Shown here piece after piece: positions 17,235 through 26,591 of a stretch of 64,000 bases of DNA (position 1 is the first letter of the stretch; every line of letters starts with the position of its first letter). The stretch spans positions 21,554-85,553 of IMG/VR virus record IMGVR_UViG_3300044974_000700. One strand, given 5' to 3'. The position numbers and the translations under genes are program-made. The notes under the pieces were generated by a model, which worked only from the letters and a program-made list of their open reading frames with translations, ran no database searches and was not told the DNA's origin. This DNA comes from a virus.

Positions 17235-17473
17235 TACGCAACCTGATTTGTTTTTCCGCCACCGACTACCTTTTTGGCTGGTGCCTTCTTGGCTGGTGCC
17301 TTCTTGGCTGGTGCCTTCTTGGCTGGTGCCTTCTTGGCTGGTGCCTTCTTGGCTGGTGCCTTCTTTTCTGTCATTTCTAACTCCTTAATTTTTTCTTTTA
17401 TTATTTTTTCAACTTCTTTTTGGTATTCTGTTGCCAATGGGAAGCCAAACCATTTTTTTAGATTTCTTAACAT
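17234..17473 (-). CDS. histone-H1/HupB-tail-like protein with (PAKKA)n
   Basis: six KKAPA repeats. Confidence 0.65.
   Translation of the reverse strand: MLRNLKKWFGFPLATEYQKEVEKIIKEKIKELEMTEKKAPAKKAPAKKAPAKKAPAKKAPAKKAPAKKVVGGGKTNQVA
17274..17363. repeat. 15-bp tandem repeat x6 (TTGGCTGGTGCCTTC)
   Basis: perfect repeats encoding KKAPA. Confidence 0.9.
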
Positions 17474-17619
17474 GCTTTTTCCTTATCTTCTAACTTTCTG
17501 ATTATAAGTCTGAAAACGTCTTTTGGTTTCCAGTCTGGAGGGTACTCAAGCCCCTCTAATTCTATTATTAATTCACGTAAAACTTTTTTCTTTATTGTAT
17601 TAAAATGATCCCATTCCAT
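17467..17619 (-). CDS. small hypothetical protein (50 aa)
   Basis: manual translation MEWDHFNT... Confidence 0.45.
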   Translation of the reverse strand: MEWDHFNTIKKKVLRELIIELEGLEYPPDWKPKDVFRLIIRKLEDKEKAC

Positions 17620-17639
17620 ATTATCTAATTTTATCATAA

Positions 17640-18272
17640 TTAATAAGAATAATCAACATCTTTTTCTGAAGATGAATACAAAAGAAGTCCCATTCTTGGT
17701 CCATCAGACCAAACTTCGTGGCTAGTTTCTTTAGGGAATAATAAAATGTCCCCTTCTTCAAGTTTATACTCTACAGAATCATATCCAGTTATTTTCCAAT
17801 AAGAATTGCCTTTTATTTGAAAATAACATGCGTCCCAGGGATCGCTGTGGGTTCCTACAAATTTATTAGATAAAGAAATTTTAATTCCTTCTGAGTGCCA
17901 AATAGAATTGCAATCACAACTTCTGGTATCCCAATGTTTATAAGAGTTACAATTTTTAAAATTTTCTGAATTTTCAAAATCTGAATTTAATTTTTCTAAA
18001 AATAATTTTATTTCTGGAAAATTATTTTCATCCCAAACCATTCCAGTTTGAGGAGCCATCCATAATGGCCTTTGTAACAACACATTTCCAAAAACATCTA
18101 CTCCGCTTGCCAAATCTCTATCTTTTTCAATTAATTTTATATTATCAATTAAAGATTGATTGTATAAAAACCATAATATTCTTTCCCAATTTATTTCTGT
18201 TGGAAAATATTTTTTTAAAAAAATAGCTCTTTTTTCTTTTTTTGCTATTTTAAAATCTTCAACTAAACTCAT
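17640..18272 (-). CDS. JmjC/cupin-like oxygenase
   Basis: HSDPWD..YFQIKG..W..GDILLFP..SHEV. Confidence 0.65.
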   Translation of the reverse strand: MSLVEDFKIAKKEKRAIFLKKYFPTEINWERILWFLYNQSLIDNIKLIEKDRDLASGVDVFGNVLLQRPLWMAPQTGMVWDENNFPEIKLFLEKLNSDFENSENFKNCNSYKHWDTRSCDCNSIWHSEGIKISLSNKFVGTHSDPWDACYFQIKGNSYWKITGYDSVEYKLEEGDILLFPKETSHEVWSDGPRMGLLLYSSSEKDVDYSY

Positions 18273-18295
18273 ATTTTTATTCTATCATATTTATT

Positions 18296-18327
18296 AAAAT
18301 AGGGCGGTATTTCTACCGCCCTATTTT
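18296..18327. terminator. bidirectional intrinsic terminator
   Basis: AAAATAGGGCGGTA-TTTC-TACCGCCCTATTTT. Confidence 0.85.
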
Positions 18328-18335
18328 TAATAAAA

Positions 18336-19484
18336 TTACTTTACTAAAGTAACTTTAGCCTTTGGATTCTTTGCATTCCATTGGCGAGCCAATTTATTAA
18401 AAGCATCCTTTAGGGATTTAATTGCTGCTGCATTATCTGCAGTTAGCTTAGCAATTTGTGCATCTTTAGCGGCGATGGTATCTGCAGCGACCTTAGCGGC
18501 AGCAGCGGCTTTATCAACCTCTGCCTTTACAGCAGCAGCCTTATCAGCATCTGCGGCGGCCTTAGCGGCAGCAGCATCTGCGGCGGCCTTAGCGGCAGCA
18601 GTAGCAGCATCTGATACTGCCTTAGAAAGGGCTGCATCTACGGCAGCCTTAGCGGCAACTGCAGCGTCCTTGGCAGCCTTTTCAGCAGCGAGTTCGCCAA
18701 GCAAATCACGCACTGTAATTGTCTTTACTACGCTTGAAGTTACAGTATTGAAACCTGTTACAACAGTTGCAACATCAGATGAATTTGTAACAGATACAAC
18801 AAGAGTCGAAGAACCAGTTGCTGGAAGAGTTACCTTGAAATCTGCCTGACCAAAATTAGTTAGAGTAGATCCTGTAGTTGCAGTTGTTGTATCAAGAGTT
18901 CCTCCAACAACAAGTGCTGTTAGTCCTTTGCTTGAAACCTTATTTCCAAATACGTCGGTTGCGGTTACTGTTGCAGTAACAACACTTGATGTTGTTCCAG
19001 CATCAGCAGCAGAGAGGGAAAGAGTATTAATCTTACCTGCTACGCCCTGTACATAATATGTTAATGTTGTTCCTTGGTTAGTAATTACTACTGAACCAAT
19101 TGCTGTCGTTTTAGTATATACATAAAACGTTGCTGTTGTTCCTGTACCTGTAGCAATTGTCAAAGATGAAGATCCTGACGATGCTGATACTGGAGCAGCA
19201 GATGTATGTAGTGCAGAAACAATTGTTGCGTTGGTTGCTACAATAGAAACTGATGTTCCCGTATCAACTGTTGCGACAAATTTTAATGCATCTGTTGCAT
19301 CTACTGTGTTATCAGCAGGCACTGGCAATGCAGCGGGTGTAGCAATAGCGGATGCTGTTGTATTAGCGGTTCCGTTAAGGTCTACAGCGACTGTCATTAC
19401 AGCAGCACTTGCAGGTGTTGCTACGATTGTTGCGGTAGTCATGGCTGCAACCATGGCTAGAGCGATTTTCTTAAATGATTTCAT
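18336..19484 (-). CDS. secreted Thr/Ala-rich Ig-like surface protein with Ala/Lys coiled-coil tail
   Basis: signal peptide MKSFKKIALAMVAA..ASA; TDVFGN; AAKAAAD repeats; strong AAGGAG RBS. Confidence 0.75.
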   Translation of the reverse strand: MKSFKKIALAMVAAMTTATIVATPASAAVMTVAVDLNGTANTTASAIATPAALPVPADNTVDATDALKFVATVDTGTSVSIVATNATIVSALHTSAAPVSASSGSSSLTIATGTGTTATFYVYTKTTAIGSVVITNQGTTLTYYVQGVAGKINTLSLSAADAGTTSSVVTATVTATDVFGNKVSSKGLTALVVGGTLDTTTATTGSTLTNFGQADFKVTLPATGSSTLVVSVTNSSDVATVVTGFNTVTSSVVKTITVRDLLGELAAEKAAKDAAVAAKAAVDAALSKAVSDAATAAAKAAADAAAAKAAADADKAAAVKAEVDKAAAAAKVAADTIAAKDAQIAKLTADNAAAIKSLKDAFNKLARQWNAKNPKAKVTLVK

Positions 19485-19534
19485 TTAATTTATTTCTCCT
19501 TATATACTCTGATTCTAAATTGTGAATCAGAATT

Positions 19535-19705
19535 CTATTCTAATTCCCATATTCTTACGTGAAAAGAACATGGGTCTCCGCCTTGATCCCATTCTTGGGA
19601 CTCTTGATCTGTTAATGGTGGTCCATCATGAGTATTACAAAATACATCTGATATCCATCCATTATCATAACCAAACTTTATCCAGTTATCGAAATCTAAA
19701 TCCAT
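19535..19705 (-). CDS. small hypothetical protein (56 aa)
   Basis: manual translation GWISDVFCNTHDG..GGDPC. Confidence 0.55.
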   Translation of the reverse strand: MDLDFDNWIKFGYDNGWISDVFCNTHDGPPLTDQESQEWDQGGDPCSFHVRIWELE

Positions 19706-19998
19706 TCTTTGACTTCTTCCATCATTATATGTTTTGGTTTTGCCCCGACAATTCTTTTAACGGGATTACCGTCTTTAAAAAGTATAGTAGTTGGAATACT
19801 TGTTACTTCATATTCCACAGGTTTTACTATTTCATTGTCAACATTTATTTTGCCTAACCATATACCAGTTTCTTGTGAAACTTCTTCTATGATTGGACTA
19901 AACATTTTACATGGCCTACACCACTCCGCCCAAAAGTCTATCATTATGAGCTTATGAGCTTTGACAACTTCTTCAAAATTATCATCAGTTACTATCAT
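19696..19998 (-). CDS. trxA: thioredoxin
   Basis: DFWAEWCRPCK, SIPT, VGAKPK. Confidence 0.9.
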   Translation of the reverse strand: MIVTDDNFEEVVKAHKLIMIDFWAEWCRPCKMFSPIIEEVSQETGIWLGKINVDNEIVKPVEYEVTSIPTTILFKDGNPVKRIVGAKPKHIMMEEVKEWI

Positions 19999-20468
19999 AC
20001 AGACTCCACGTGGGTTGGCCAGTAATAATTGCAAGAACCGCAGCAAGTATACCCTAGCTGCTTATAGTCTGCAAACTCTGAATAAAAATAATACCTATCA
20101 GGGTCTTTTTCATATAGCCGACCTTTATGTGAATAATGTAGGCTTTCATTGCCTAGCCACCAGGGTGTGTCTGATTCTAATCCCATAAAATTATTTTGAT
20201 ATATTTCATCAAACTGTACGTGGGTAGTATTTTTATAACCACGCAATAGTATCTCTTTTACTATAGATTCGTTATAAAGAAAAAGGAAGTCTTCGTGGCC
20301 TTTCCACATTTTAACTGCTGGATGATTACGCCAAGCACCAGTTTCTCCATATAATCCCGCCAGAGATTTAAGTATTTGTAAGTTTTCTACACTTTGCTTT
20401 ATCAAACGCTTTCGATCAAGATGCTTAGCTGTTTTTGCAAAGTCACGATGTGGTAAAAAAGTTTGCAT
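19995..20468 (-). CDS. pyrimidine-dimer DNA glycosylase-like (MSMEG_6728 family)
   Basis: MQTFLP, LDRKRL.KQ.VE, W.NHPAVKMW.G, PWWLG, SH. Confidence 0.75.
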   Translation of the reverse strand: MQTFLPHRDFAKTAKHLDRKRLIKQSVENLQILKSLAGLYGETGAWRNHPAVKMWKGHEDFLFLYNESIVKEILLRGYKNTTHVQFDEIYQNNFMGLESDTPWWLGNESLHYSHKGRLYEKDPDRYYFYSEFADYKQLGYTCCGSCNYYWPTHVESV

Positions 20469-20486
20469 GTGTCTATTCTACTAAAT

Positions 20487-20512
20487 AGCAGGGGGTTGGT
20501 CAACCCCCTGCT
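20487..20512. terminator. hairpin terminator
   Basis: AGCAGGGGGTTG-GT-CAACCCCCTGCT. Confidence 0.7.
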
Positions 20513-20520
20513 TTAATTAA

Positions 20521-21495
20521 CTAGTTAGTTATTGCTTTATCCGAATTCAAAAGAATGCCATTTATCTTTAAAATTGGGTTAGTTATTGGAGTTGATGTTT
20601 TCTTAATTAAATCAAGTAGTTGAGATTGAGTTAATCCTGTTTTATAACTTGAAATTGCAAGCCACTTAGCTGCTGCAATTTGTGTAGAAATAGAAGTTCC
20701 AAATCCATTACCTTCAGATCCGCCAGGAAAGTTGATTCTTGAAGAAATAGGAGCCCAAAAATCTATTAGATTCTTGTCGTAGTTACTTGTTGAAGAAACA
20801 TAAAATCCTGATGATCCAAAATCTTCTGCACCGCCAACTGCAATTGATGAAGGTATACATGCAGGCCAATCGATTCTACTGTAATCTCTTCCGTTTCCTG
20901 CTGGGAAAAATACAGCAATATTTGATTTAACAAGCCAATCAACCCAATAATCTGTTTGTGTTACTGGACAATAGTTTGTTGAATTTAACAAATTATGATG
21001 TCCCTGTGACATTGAAACTGCTTTAATGTTGTATTTTGCTTGGTTGTCATAAATCCATTTTAAAGCATTTGGTACAGTATTTATAGTTGTGCTTTGTCTT
21101 GTTCCATTAGGATTGTGCCCAATAATTCGAATAAATAAAATATTCATGTTTGGATTATTTCTTATTGCAGCAGAAACCATTTGAGTACCGTGACTAAAAT
21201 CACGATTACTAAGTATTGTCATTGGCAAAACTGAAGCGCCTGGCCCCTCCATAAATAAAGAACTATTTGGACAAGAAGGCTTTTCTCCACGACGAATTTG
21301 AGATTGAGATAAGTCTAAAATGCAAACTTCTCCAATCAACTTTTCTTTAATTGATGGGATTGATGTATCTAGAGCTGTATCTAGTACCGCCAGCGTAGGC
21401 AGTGTTAATGTTTTATTTTTTAGACCTGCTGAATTTGCAGGTGATATTGTGATTAGTAGTAGTGTGGCCACTATAGCCGTTATTAGTTTTTTCAT
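20521..21495 (-). CDS. secreted S8 (subtilisin-like) peptidase
   Basis: signal peptide; AVLDT, HGTQM, AGN, GTS triad. Confidence 0.8.
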   Translation of the reverse strand: MKKLITAIVATLLLITISPANSAGLKNKTLTLPTLAVLDTALDTSIPSIKEKLIGEVCILDLSQSQIRRGEKPSCPNSSLFMEGPGASVLPMTILSNRDFSHGTQMVSAAIRNNPNMNILFIRIIGHNPNGTRQSTTINTVPNALKWIYDNQAKYNIKAVSMSQGHHNLLNSTNYCPVTQTDYWVDWLVKSNIAVFFPAGNGRDYSRIDWPACIPSSIAVGGAEDFGSSGFYVSSTSNYDKNLIDFWAPISSRINFPGGSEGNGFGTSISTQIAAAKWLAISSYKTGLTQSQLLDLIKKTSTPITNPILKINGILLNSDKAITN

Positions 21496-21501
21496 ATGTG
21501 T

Positions 21502-21530
21502 ATTCTACTAAATTAGTACGGCAATGTCAA
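21502..21530 (-). promoter_or_regulatory. sigmaA promoter giving leaderless mRNA
   Basis: TTGACA-N17-TAGAAT-N6-ATG. Confidence 0.75.
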
Positions 21531-21533
21531 TAG

Positions 21534-21701
21534 TTATTGTTGTGGTGGCAATCTTCTTGGGTACCATTTACCAGAATCCATGTTTTGCTGGGACTTGTTT
21601 TCCGATAAAATACCACTTAAAATTTCATGGATTAAATCTAATTCAATTCTAAGCTTGTATAATTCTAATTCAAGCATATTAATTTTTTGCGACTTTCTCA
21701 T
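21534..21701 (-). CDS. small hypothetical protein (55 aa)
   Basis: manual translation, ATGA overlap. Confidence 0.5.
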   Translation of the reverse strand: MRKSQKINMLELELYKLRIELDLIHEILSGILSENKSQQNMDSGKWYPRRLPPQQ

Positions 21702-21922
21702 TCCGATCCATCTCTATCTAAAGGCGTTGGAGCCGTTGCTAGTGTGCCACAATTGGCACACTCCATATCTAAAAAATAACTTGCAATTTCAAAGTTATAA
21801 AAAATTACTTTTAAGTTAAAAATGTCACATCCACAAGGACAAACATGAGTTGGTACACCACGAAGATCCATAGCCTTTGTATAATCAGGCCTTAAATCGT
21901 TTATATCACGTGGCTCTTCCAT
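21698..21922 (-). CDS. Zn-ribbon protein
   Basis: HVCPCGC...CANCG. Confidence 0.7.
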   Translation of the reverse strand: MEEPRDINDLRPDYTKAMDLRGVPTHVCPCGCDIFNLKVIFYNFEIASYFLDMECANCGTLATAPTPLDRDGSE

Positions 21923-21936
21923 TAATTAATTATATC

Positions 21937-22503
21937 CTATACCTCTATAATTGTAAAGGGGCCTCTTACACTCATTATAAACTTAGATGCCGCTTCTAGA
22001 GCCATTCTAACACGTTTGCGAGGAGTTTTAATTGTAGTTGTAGAGGCCAGAGATCCAAGCGCTACCTGCTGCCCACTTCCTTCTGCATAATAATCTGTAT
22101 TTAATTCAGAAACATGGTAATCGACATCCATAGTAAATATTCTTCCAGTATTCTGTACTGCTATTATTATGATACCGCCTTCATCACCATCTTCTGTATT
22201 GTTTCCAAATCTTCCAAACCCATGTTCTTGATACACTTCTTTAATAGACTCTACAAACTTAGTACGCATAAACTTATCTAAGTTTTTAAAGCCTGCAGTT
22301 GGCTTATATATTGGCGGAGTCCAGTTGTATTGTAGTATCTGACCCATTCTAAAACTTTCTACAAACCCTATCCCAAACTGACCAACTTTAAAAACTTTTG
22401 GATCAGTTGTTTGAAGTATTAATCCACTTTTTTCTTCCGATGCTGCGGAGTCTCCTCCAAGCACTACTTTATTCCCAACAGATAGGGCAACTATACAGGT
22501 CAT
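21937..22503 (-). CDS. HslV/proteasome-beta-like Ntn hydrolase
   Basis: MTCIVA N-terminal Thr, GGDS, KVF, GSG..ALG; leaderless promoter fixes the start. Confidence 0.75.
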   Translation of the reverse strand: MTCIVALSVGNKVVLGGDSAASEEKSGLILQTTDPKVFKVGQFGIGFVESFRMGQILQYNWTPPIYKPTAGFKNLDKFMRTKFVESIKEVYQEHGFGRFGNNTEDGDEGGIIIIAVQNTGRIFTMDVDYHVSELNTDYYAEGSGQQVALGSLASTTTIKTPRKRVRMALEAASKFIMSVRGPFTIIEV

Positions 22504-22516
22504 ATAACCTATTGTA

Positions 22517-22840
22517 CTATTTATAAAATTCGGAGTCCATGTCCTCATGCATTTCAATATGGCTGAGCTGGCTTAAAGCATTTTCTAATTCGGCTTTAAG
22601 CCCAATTAATTCCTGAATGGCATTATAATATTTGTCTTTCCATTCGGTTAATTCCTTTTCTAATTTATATAGGTCTATTTTTAGGTCTTTTATCTCTAAT
22701 TTAAGATGGTCTTTTTCCCGTTCTTCCCGCCTAATTTTTTCTTTTTTAGAGTCCCTGAAGCCAGCTACTATGGCTGTACCCATACCGCTAAGAATTGCTG
22801 CCAAAAGAGACAGTACCAATGTCACATAATTGATTTCCAT
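22517..22840 (-). CDS. membrane-anchored coiled-coil protein
   Basis: N-terminal TM plus heptads. Confidence 0.65.
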   Translation of the reverse strand: MEINYVTLVLSLLAAILSGMGTAIVAGFRDSKKEKIRREEREKDHLKLEIKDLKIDLYKLEKELTEWKDKYYNAIQELIGLKAELENALSQLSHIEMHEDMDSEFYK

Positions 22841-22870
22841 TATATAGACAATTATACAGCAAAATTACAT

Positions 22871-23107
22871 TTAAACTAATAGTTCTGATGCGGTTATTTC
22901 TTGACCAATATATCTTTTCTTTTGAATTACTTCTTTTACGAATTCATGACCGCTTGATCTGCCAGCCAAAATTATAACCCAGCGTGGTTCGTATTTTGAG
23001 TCTATGCAGGTCTGACACATAAATAAATTAATTGGCATTAAGGTTGATTGCTTAACAGATAATTTATTTTTTGTTTTATTGCATGAATAGCAAAGTATTT
23101 TTTCCAT
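22871..23107 (-). CDS. Zn-finger hypothetical protein
   Basis: CYSC..CQTC. Confidence 0.65.
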   Translation of the reverse strand: MEKILCYSCNKTKNKLSVKQSTLMPINLFMCQTCIDSKYEPRWVIILAGRSSGHEFVKEVIQKKRYIGQEITASELLV

Positions 23108-23248
23108 TATTCCTCTTCTATGAAGGTGAGATCTTCATTTTCAATATCTTCATATTGAATTTTACCATCTTTAAAATATCTAACTTTTGACATAAATAAA
23201 CCTATGGAGATGGCTTCTCCATAAAGATTTTCAGAATGTATTAACACT

Positions 23249-23566
23249 CTAACCGATTCCTTTTGCACTTGGTACCCCTTCAAGTTCGCATCTTACTCCG
23301 TAGGACTCTATCATCTTTTTTACTCTTGTAACATAATCTATAACTTGTTCTTTTTTACTTCCAGTAAACTGTATAAAGTTATCTTCATATAATCTTAAAG
23401 CTAGGAATTCTGGATATTTAACAACATCCATTTCCAAAAGAAGCGGCTTGTTCATTTCCCTAAGCCTTTTTCTCATCTCTTCGTTGTAAAACACTGGCTT
23501 GTTAGGTTCACCAGTCCAAAGATTAACGCCATGCTTAAAATGGTTTTTATCGTTATTAGATACCAT
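23249..23566 (-). CDS. hypothetical protein
   Basis: ORF in operon. Confidence 0.65.
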   Translation of the reverse strand: MVSNNDKNHFKHGVNLWTGEPNKPVFYNEEMRKRLREMNKPLLLEMDVVKYPEFLALRLYEDNFIQFTGSKKEQVIDYVTRVKKMIESYGVRCELEGVPSAKGIG

Positions 23567-23867
23567 TTTTTTTGTTAATCTGCTTCCAAATTTCTTTTGT
23601 TTTATGAGTATTTCTCATTTTATCTACTCCGCCTGCATTTAAATAAATACCGCCCCATACTCCGTATTCATTGTTTTCTATTCCAGACTGATAACACATA
23701 TCTATTACTGGGCAAGACAAACAACACTGATCTATATTGGCTGCTATTTTGGGATCAAGTTCGTACTTATCAAAAAATAAATTTGTATCCATTCCTTGAC
23801 ATGCTGCTAGATGCCACCAATTGAGATTGTCTTCGTCTGTGTTTAAATCATTTAAAATATTTGACAT
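23556..23867 (-). CDS. whiB: WhiB-family Fe-S transcription factor
   Basis: AAC...FF...C..CPV...C and GVWGG turn. Confidence 0.9.
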   Translation of the reverse strand: MSNILNDLNTDEDNLNWWHLAACQGMDTNLFFDKYELDPKIAANIDQCCLSCPVIDMCYQSGIENNEYGVWGGIYLNAGGVDKMRNTHKTKEIWKQINKKNGI

Positions 23868-24081
23868 ATTTTGGCGGAAGTATCCAAGTTCCTTTAAAGC
23901 TAATGGGAATTTTGTTTGCTATTCCCCAGCTATTATTTCTAAATACACCATTTGTATTTGAATACCCGCCTATATTTTTTTTCCATATAATAAATGTATA
24001 GTTGTCCCAATAGGTTTCTATATCTTTATTAGATATTTTTTTTCTGAGTATTTCTACTCCATGTTCATTTAAGTGTAACAT
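23848..24081 (-). CDS. hypothetical protein
   Basis: WDNY..W...G..R.N.WG motif; operon with whiB. Confidence 0.6.
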   Translation of the reverse strand: MLHLNEHGVEILRKKISNKDIETYWDNYTFIIWKKNIGGYSNTNGVFRNNSWGIANKIPISFKGTWILPPKYVKYFK

Positions 24082-24114
24082 TAGTCCAATTTGTACTTTT
24101 TGAACCTATATAAT

Positions 24115-24144
24115 ATTATACAGGAAATTGACAGGTGTTGTCAA
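24115..24144 (-). promoter_or_regulatory. promoter of whiB operon with palindromic -35
   Basis: TTGACA-N5-TGTCAA palindrome 24128-24144; TATAAT 18 nt downstream. Confidence 0.65.
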
Positions 24145-24770
24145 CCATTTGGAGGAAGAATCATTTGCCAGTGGTGGGTTATAAGCATTTTTCTGCCTTT
24201 TGTAACTTCCATAGATTGGTGAGTATATGGCAATGCAGAAGGGTACATTATTATACTTCCAGCCTCTGGCTTTATTTTAATATCTAGGTCATTAAAATAA
24301 AGTTCTCCACCCTCATAATCATCATTTAAATAAACTACAATCGTATATGCTAGGTAGTAATTGTCTTCGTTAAAATCTACATGTGCTCCCATAAATGCTT
24401 TTTCGTCATATTTATTTATGCCCATAGTTGTTCTTGGATCAGTCAATAATGATACAGCATAATATAAAGCTTTTCTGTCTATATTAAATATGTCTGCATA
24501 TTTAATCATACATTCAGACATTTTATTAGTTAAATTATTTATTGCATATGAAGTTTTAGCTCTATCTTCATCAGAATTTATATAAACAATTTTATCTCTT
24601 TTAACATGTTTTATTTCGCCATATCTAGAGCTGCTGCCATGTCCATTCCAAGGCTCCCAATCACTCATTGCATCATTAGATATAGATTCTATAATATCAA
24701 TTATTTCTTGATAATTATTTATAGCACCCTTAAAATAAATTATTTTTTCTTCTGGTTGTTCAAAATACAA
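24141..24770 (-). CDS. prolyl-4-hydroxylase-like 2OG-Fe(II) oxygenase
   Basis: HVD, YLNDDYEGGELYF, PEAGS, HQS..V..G.K. Confidence 0.8.
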   Translation of the reverse strand: MYFEQPEEKIIYFKGAINNYQEIIDIIESISNDAMSDWEPWNGHGSSSRYGEIKHVKRDKIVYINSDEDRAKTSYAINNLTNKMSECMIKYADIFNIDRKALYYAVSLLTDPRTTMGINKYDEKAFMGAHVDFNEDNYYLAYTIVVYLNDDYEGGELYFNDLDIKIKPEAGSIIMYPSALPYTHQSMEVTKGRKMLITHHWQMILPPNG

Positions 24771-24914
24771 TTATTTTTCCTTAACATTAATTATCTTGAC
24801 TAATTTTATTTCTTCGTCAATACCAAATATATCTGATATATATTCTCTTGCATCCTCTTCATTAAATGCTTCAACTTCTGCACTTATTTCTAACTTGATG
24901 CTGTACTTATTCAT
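24771..24914 (-). CDS. small hypothetical protein (47 aa)
   Basis: TAATG coupling; EVEAFNEEDA. Confidence 0.5.
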   Translation of the reverse strand: MNKYSIKLEISAEVEAFNEEDAREYISDIFGIDEEIKLVKIINVKEK

Positions 24915-25456
24915 TATGCTTTAAATTTGGGACGACCAAATCCTACTATAGAAATCATTACGCCTTTTTTATTCTTTTTAAAGGCACGAAGTTGCTTACA
25001 TGCTTCTCCGCCATTTCTCTGGCTACCCTTTTTATTTGAAGAAGTATTTCCCTCAATACACCATACAGTTCCGTCTTCATTGTCTTCAATAACAATCCCT
25101 ACGTGAGAAATTCTATCAACGCCATCTGATGGGAAATCAAAATAAGCTATATCTCCTGGCTCTGGGTCTGCCAAATCTCCATCAATCCATGCGCCCTTCT
25201 TTTTAAATGCCGCAGCTCCTGCTGGAGTATAAACTGTATTTGGAACTTTTACTCCTGCTTCATTAGCGCACCACATTACAAAAGATCCACACCATGGCTG
25301 GAAATTAGATTTTGTAAAAGCACCATACTTTGTTTCATTATCTTTTGGACCTTCAATATAACCAACTTGAGATTTTGCTACCTGAATTAAACGTTTTGCG
25401 CTTCCTACAGGAGCCTTATCTGTTACTGGTGGAACTGAAAATTCGTTATTAGACAT
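24914..25456 (-). CDS. CHAP-domain endolysin
   Basis: PWCGSFV, PGDIAYFD, HVGIV, IEGNT. Confidence 0.85.
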   Translation of the reverse strand: MSNNEFSVPPVTDKAPVGSAKRLIQVAKSQVGYIEGPKDNETKYGAFTKSNFQPWCGSFVMWCANEAGVKVPNTVYTPAGAAAFKKKGAWIDGDLADPEPGDIAYFDFPSDGVDRISHVGIVIEDNEDGTVWCIEGNTSSNKKGSQRNGGEACKQLRAFKKNKKGVMISIVGFGRPKFKA

Positions 25457-25458
25457 TG

Positions 25459-25719
25459 TTATCTCCCAAATACTCTAAATATTTTTTTGACTTTAGGAAC
25501 ACAATTAGGAACTTTTTTTCCACCTTTATTCTTCCAGCCAATTTGCTCATAGCCATCCCAACATGGGTTGGCTTTGTTAACTTCACTTGCGTATAAAGCT
25601 CTAAGTTGTGCTTTCGCTTTAGTTTCACTATCGTGGCATCCAACTAACTCATTAGTGCCTTCTTTTACTACTGCATATCCTCTGCAGCCAGAAGCTCCCT
25701 GTTTAATTTGCCAAGGCAT
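25459..25719 (-). CDS. hypothetical protein
   Basis: GCH..A.AQ.RAL and PCWDGYEQIG..VPNCVP motifs. Confidence 0.65.
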   Translation of the reverse strand: MPWQIKQGASGCRGYAVVKEGTNELVGCHDSETKAKAQLRALYASEVNKANPCWDGYEQIGWKNKGGKKVPNCVPKVKKIFRVFGR

Positions 25720-26165
25720 TAGTCTTTATCCCAATCTTCATCTACTGAATGTTCTGCTGGCACTTGTCCATCTGGCTTAGCTGCAAGACGAGCTCTTACT
25801 GCATCTAGTTCAGCATCAAGTTTATCTTCTGCCATTTTAATTTCAGATTCAAGTTTTTTATCTGCCTGTGTATTTTTAGCATCTATCTCTTTGTTGTCCA
25901 TCTGTGCCTTCATAATATCTTTAGCACCTGATTGTCCAATTAACAAACCAGCAAGGGTTCCTGTAATAAATGTAGCTACGCTACCAAGAACGTTAAAAAA
26001 CATTTTGTCATTTTCAGATTGTGCACCAATTGGCTGGGACACAAATAATAATCCATAAAGGATTCCAACTGATGTGAGTAATAAAATTGTTCCAAGGGTT
26101 AGACCAAGAATAAATTTTAATCTTGCATCTAAGTCTGCTGGAGTTAGTCTTTCTCTTTTAGCCAT
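25719..26165 (-). CDS. two-TM membrane protein (holin-like candidate)
   Basis: two hydrophobic helices near the endolysin. Confidence 0.55.
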   Translation of the reverse strand: MAKRERLTPADLDARLKFILGLTLGTILLLTSVGILYGLLFVSQPIGAQSENDKMFFNVLGSVATFITGTLAGLLIGQSGAKDIMKAQMDNKEIDAKNTQADKKLESEIKMAEDKLDAELDAVRARLAAKPDGQVPAEHSVDEDWDKD

Positions 26166-26379
26166 TCTTTACCTTATTCTTTTCATATTCAGCCCAAATT
26201 TCTTCGCCAACTATGTCTTTTGAACATGTTCCTGTAGCGTCACAGACTGGAGGATTGCACTCTGCATTTCCCCAATTTTCTGGATCTTGACAAGGATAAC
26301 GGTAACTACCTTGATACCCACAAGAGGTAATAGTTACTGCCAGCATAACGCTTGCCAATGAGGCTTTTAATTTTCTCAT
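26158..26379 (-). CDS. Cys-rich lipoprotein
   Basis: lipobox ITSCG; four further Cys; leaderless promoter. Confidence 0.65.
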   Translation of the reverse strand: MRKLKASLASVMLAVTITSCGYQGSYRYPCQDPENWGNAECNPPVCDATGTCSKDIVGEEIWAEYEKNKVKNG

Positions 26380-26396
26380 GCCTCAATTATAGCATT

Positions 26397-26591
26397 TTAC
26401 TCTTCTTTTCTTAAAGGGATAGTGGCAAGCCAAATAACTGTAGCAATTAATGTTGCAATTCCTACCACCTGTTGGGCCGTGCCAGTAAGGGTTAGCCAGG
26501 CAATAAAAAAGCCAAGAAGGGTGAATATTTGAGCTATGCTCTCTTTAATAACTTCCCAGGCATAATTAAATATAGCTTTTATTATTTTCAT
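26397..26591 (-). CDS. small two-TM protein
   Basis: hydrophobic helices, TAATG coupling. Confidence 0.65.
   Translation of the reverse strand: MKIIKAIFNYAWEVIKESIAQIFTLLGFFIAWLTLTGTAQQVVGIATLIATVIWLATIPLRKEE

Noticed and set aside
17274-19488. + strand ORFs with AGAFL or Ala-rich repeats
   Set aside because: Antisense shadows of the KKAPA and surface-protein genes.
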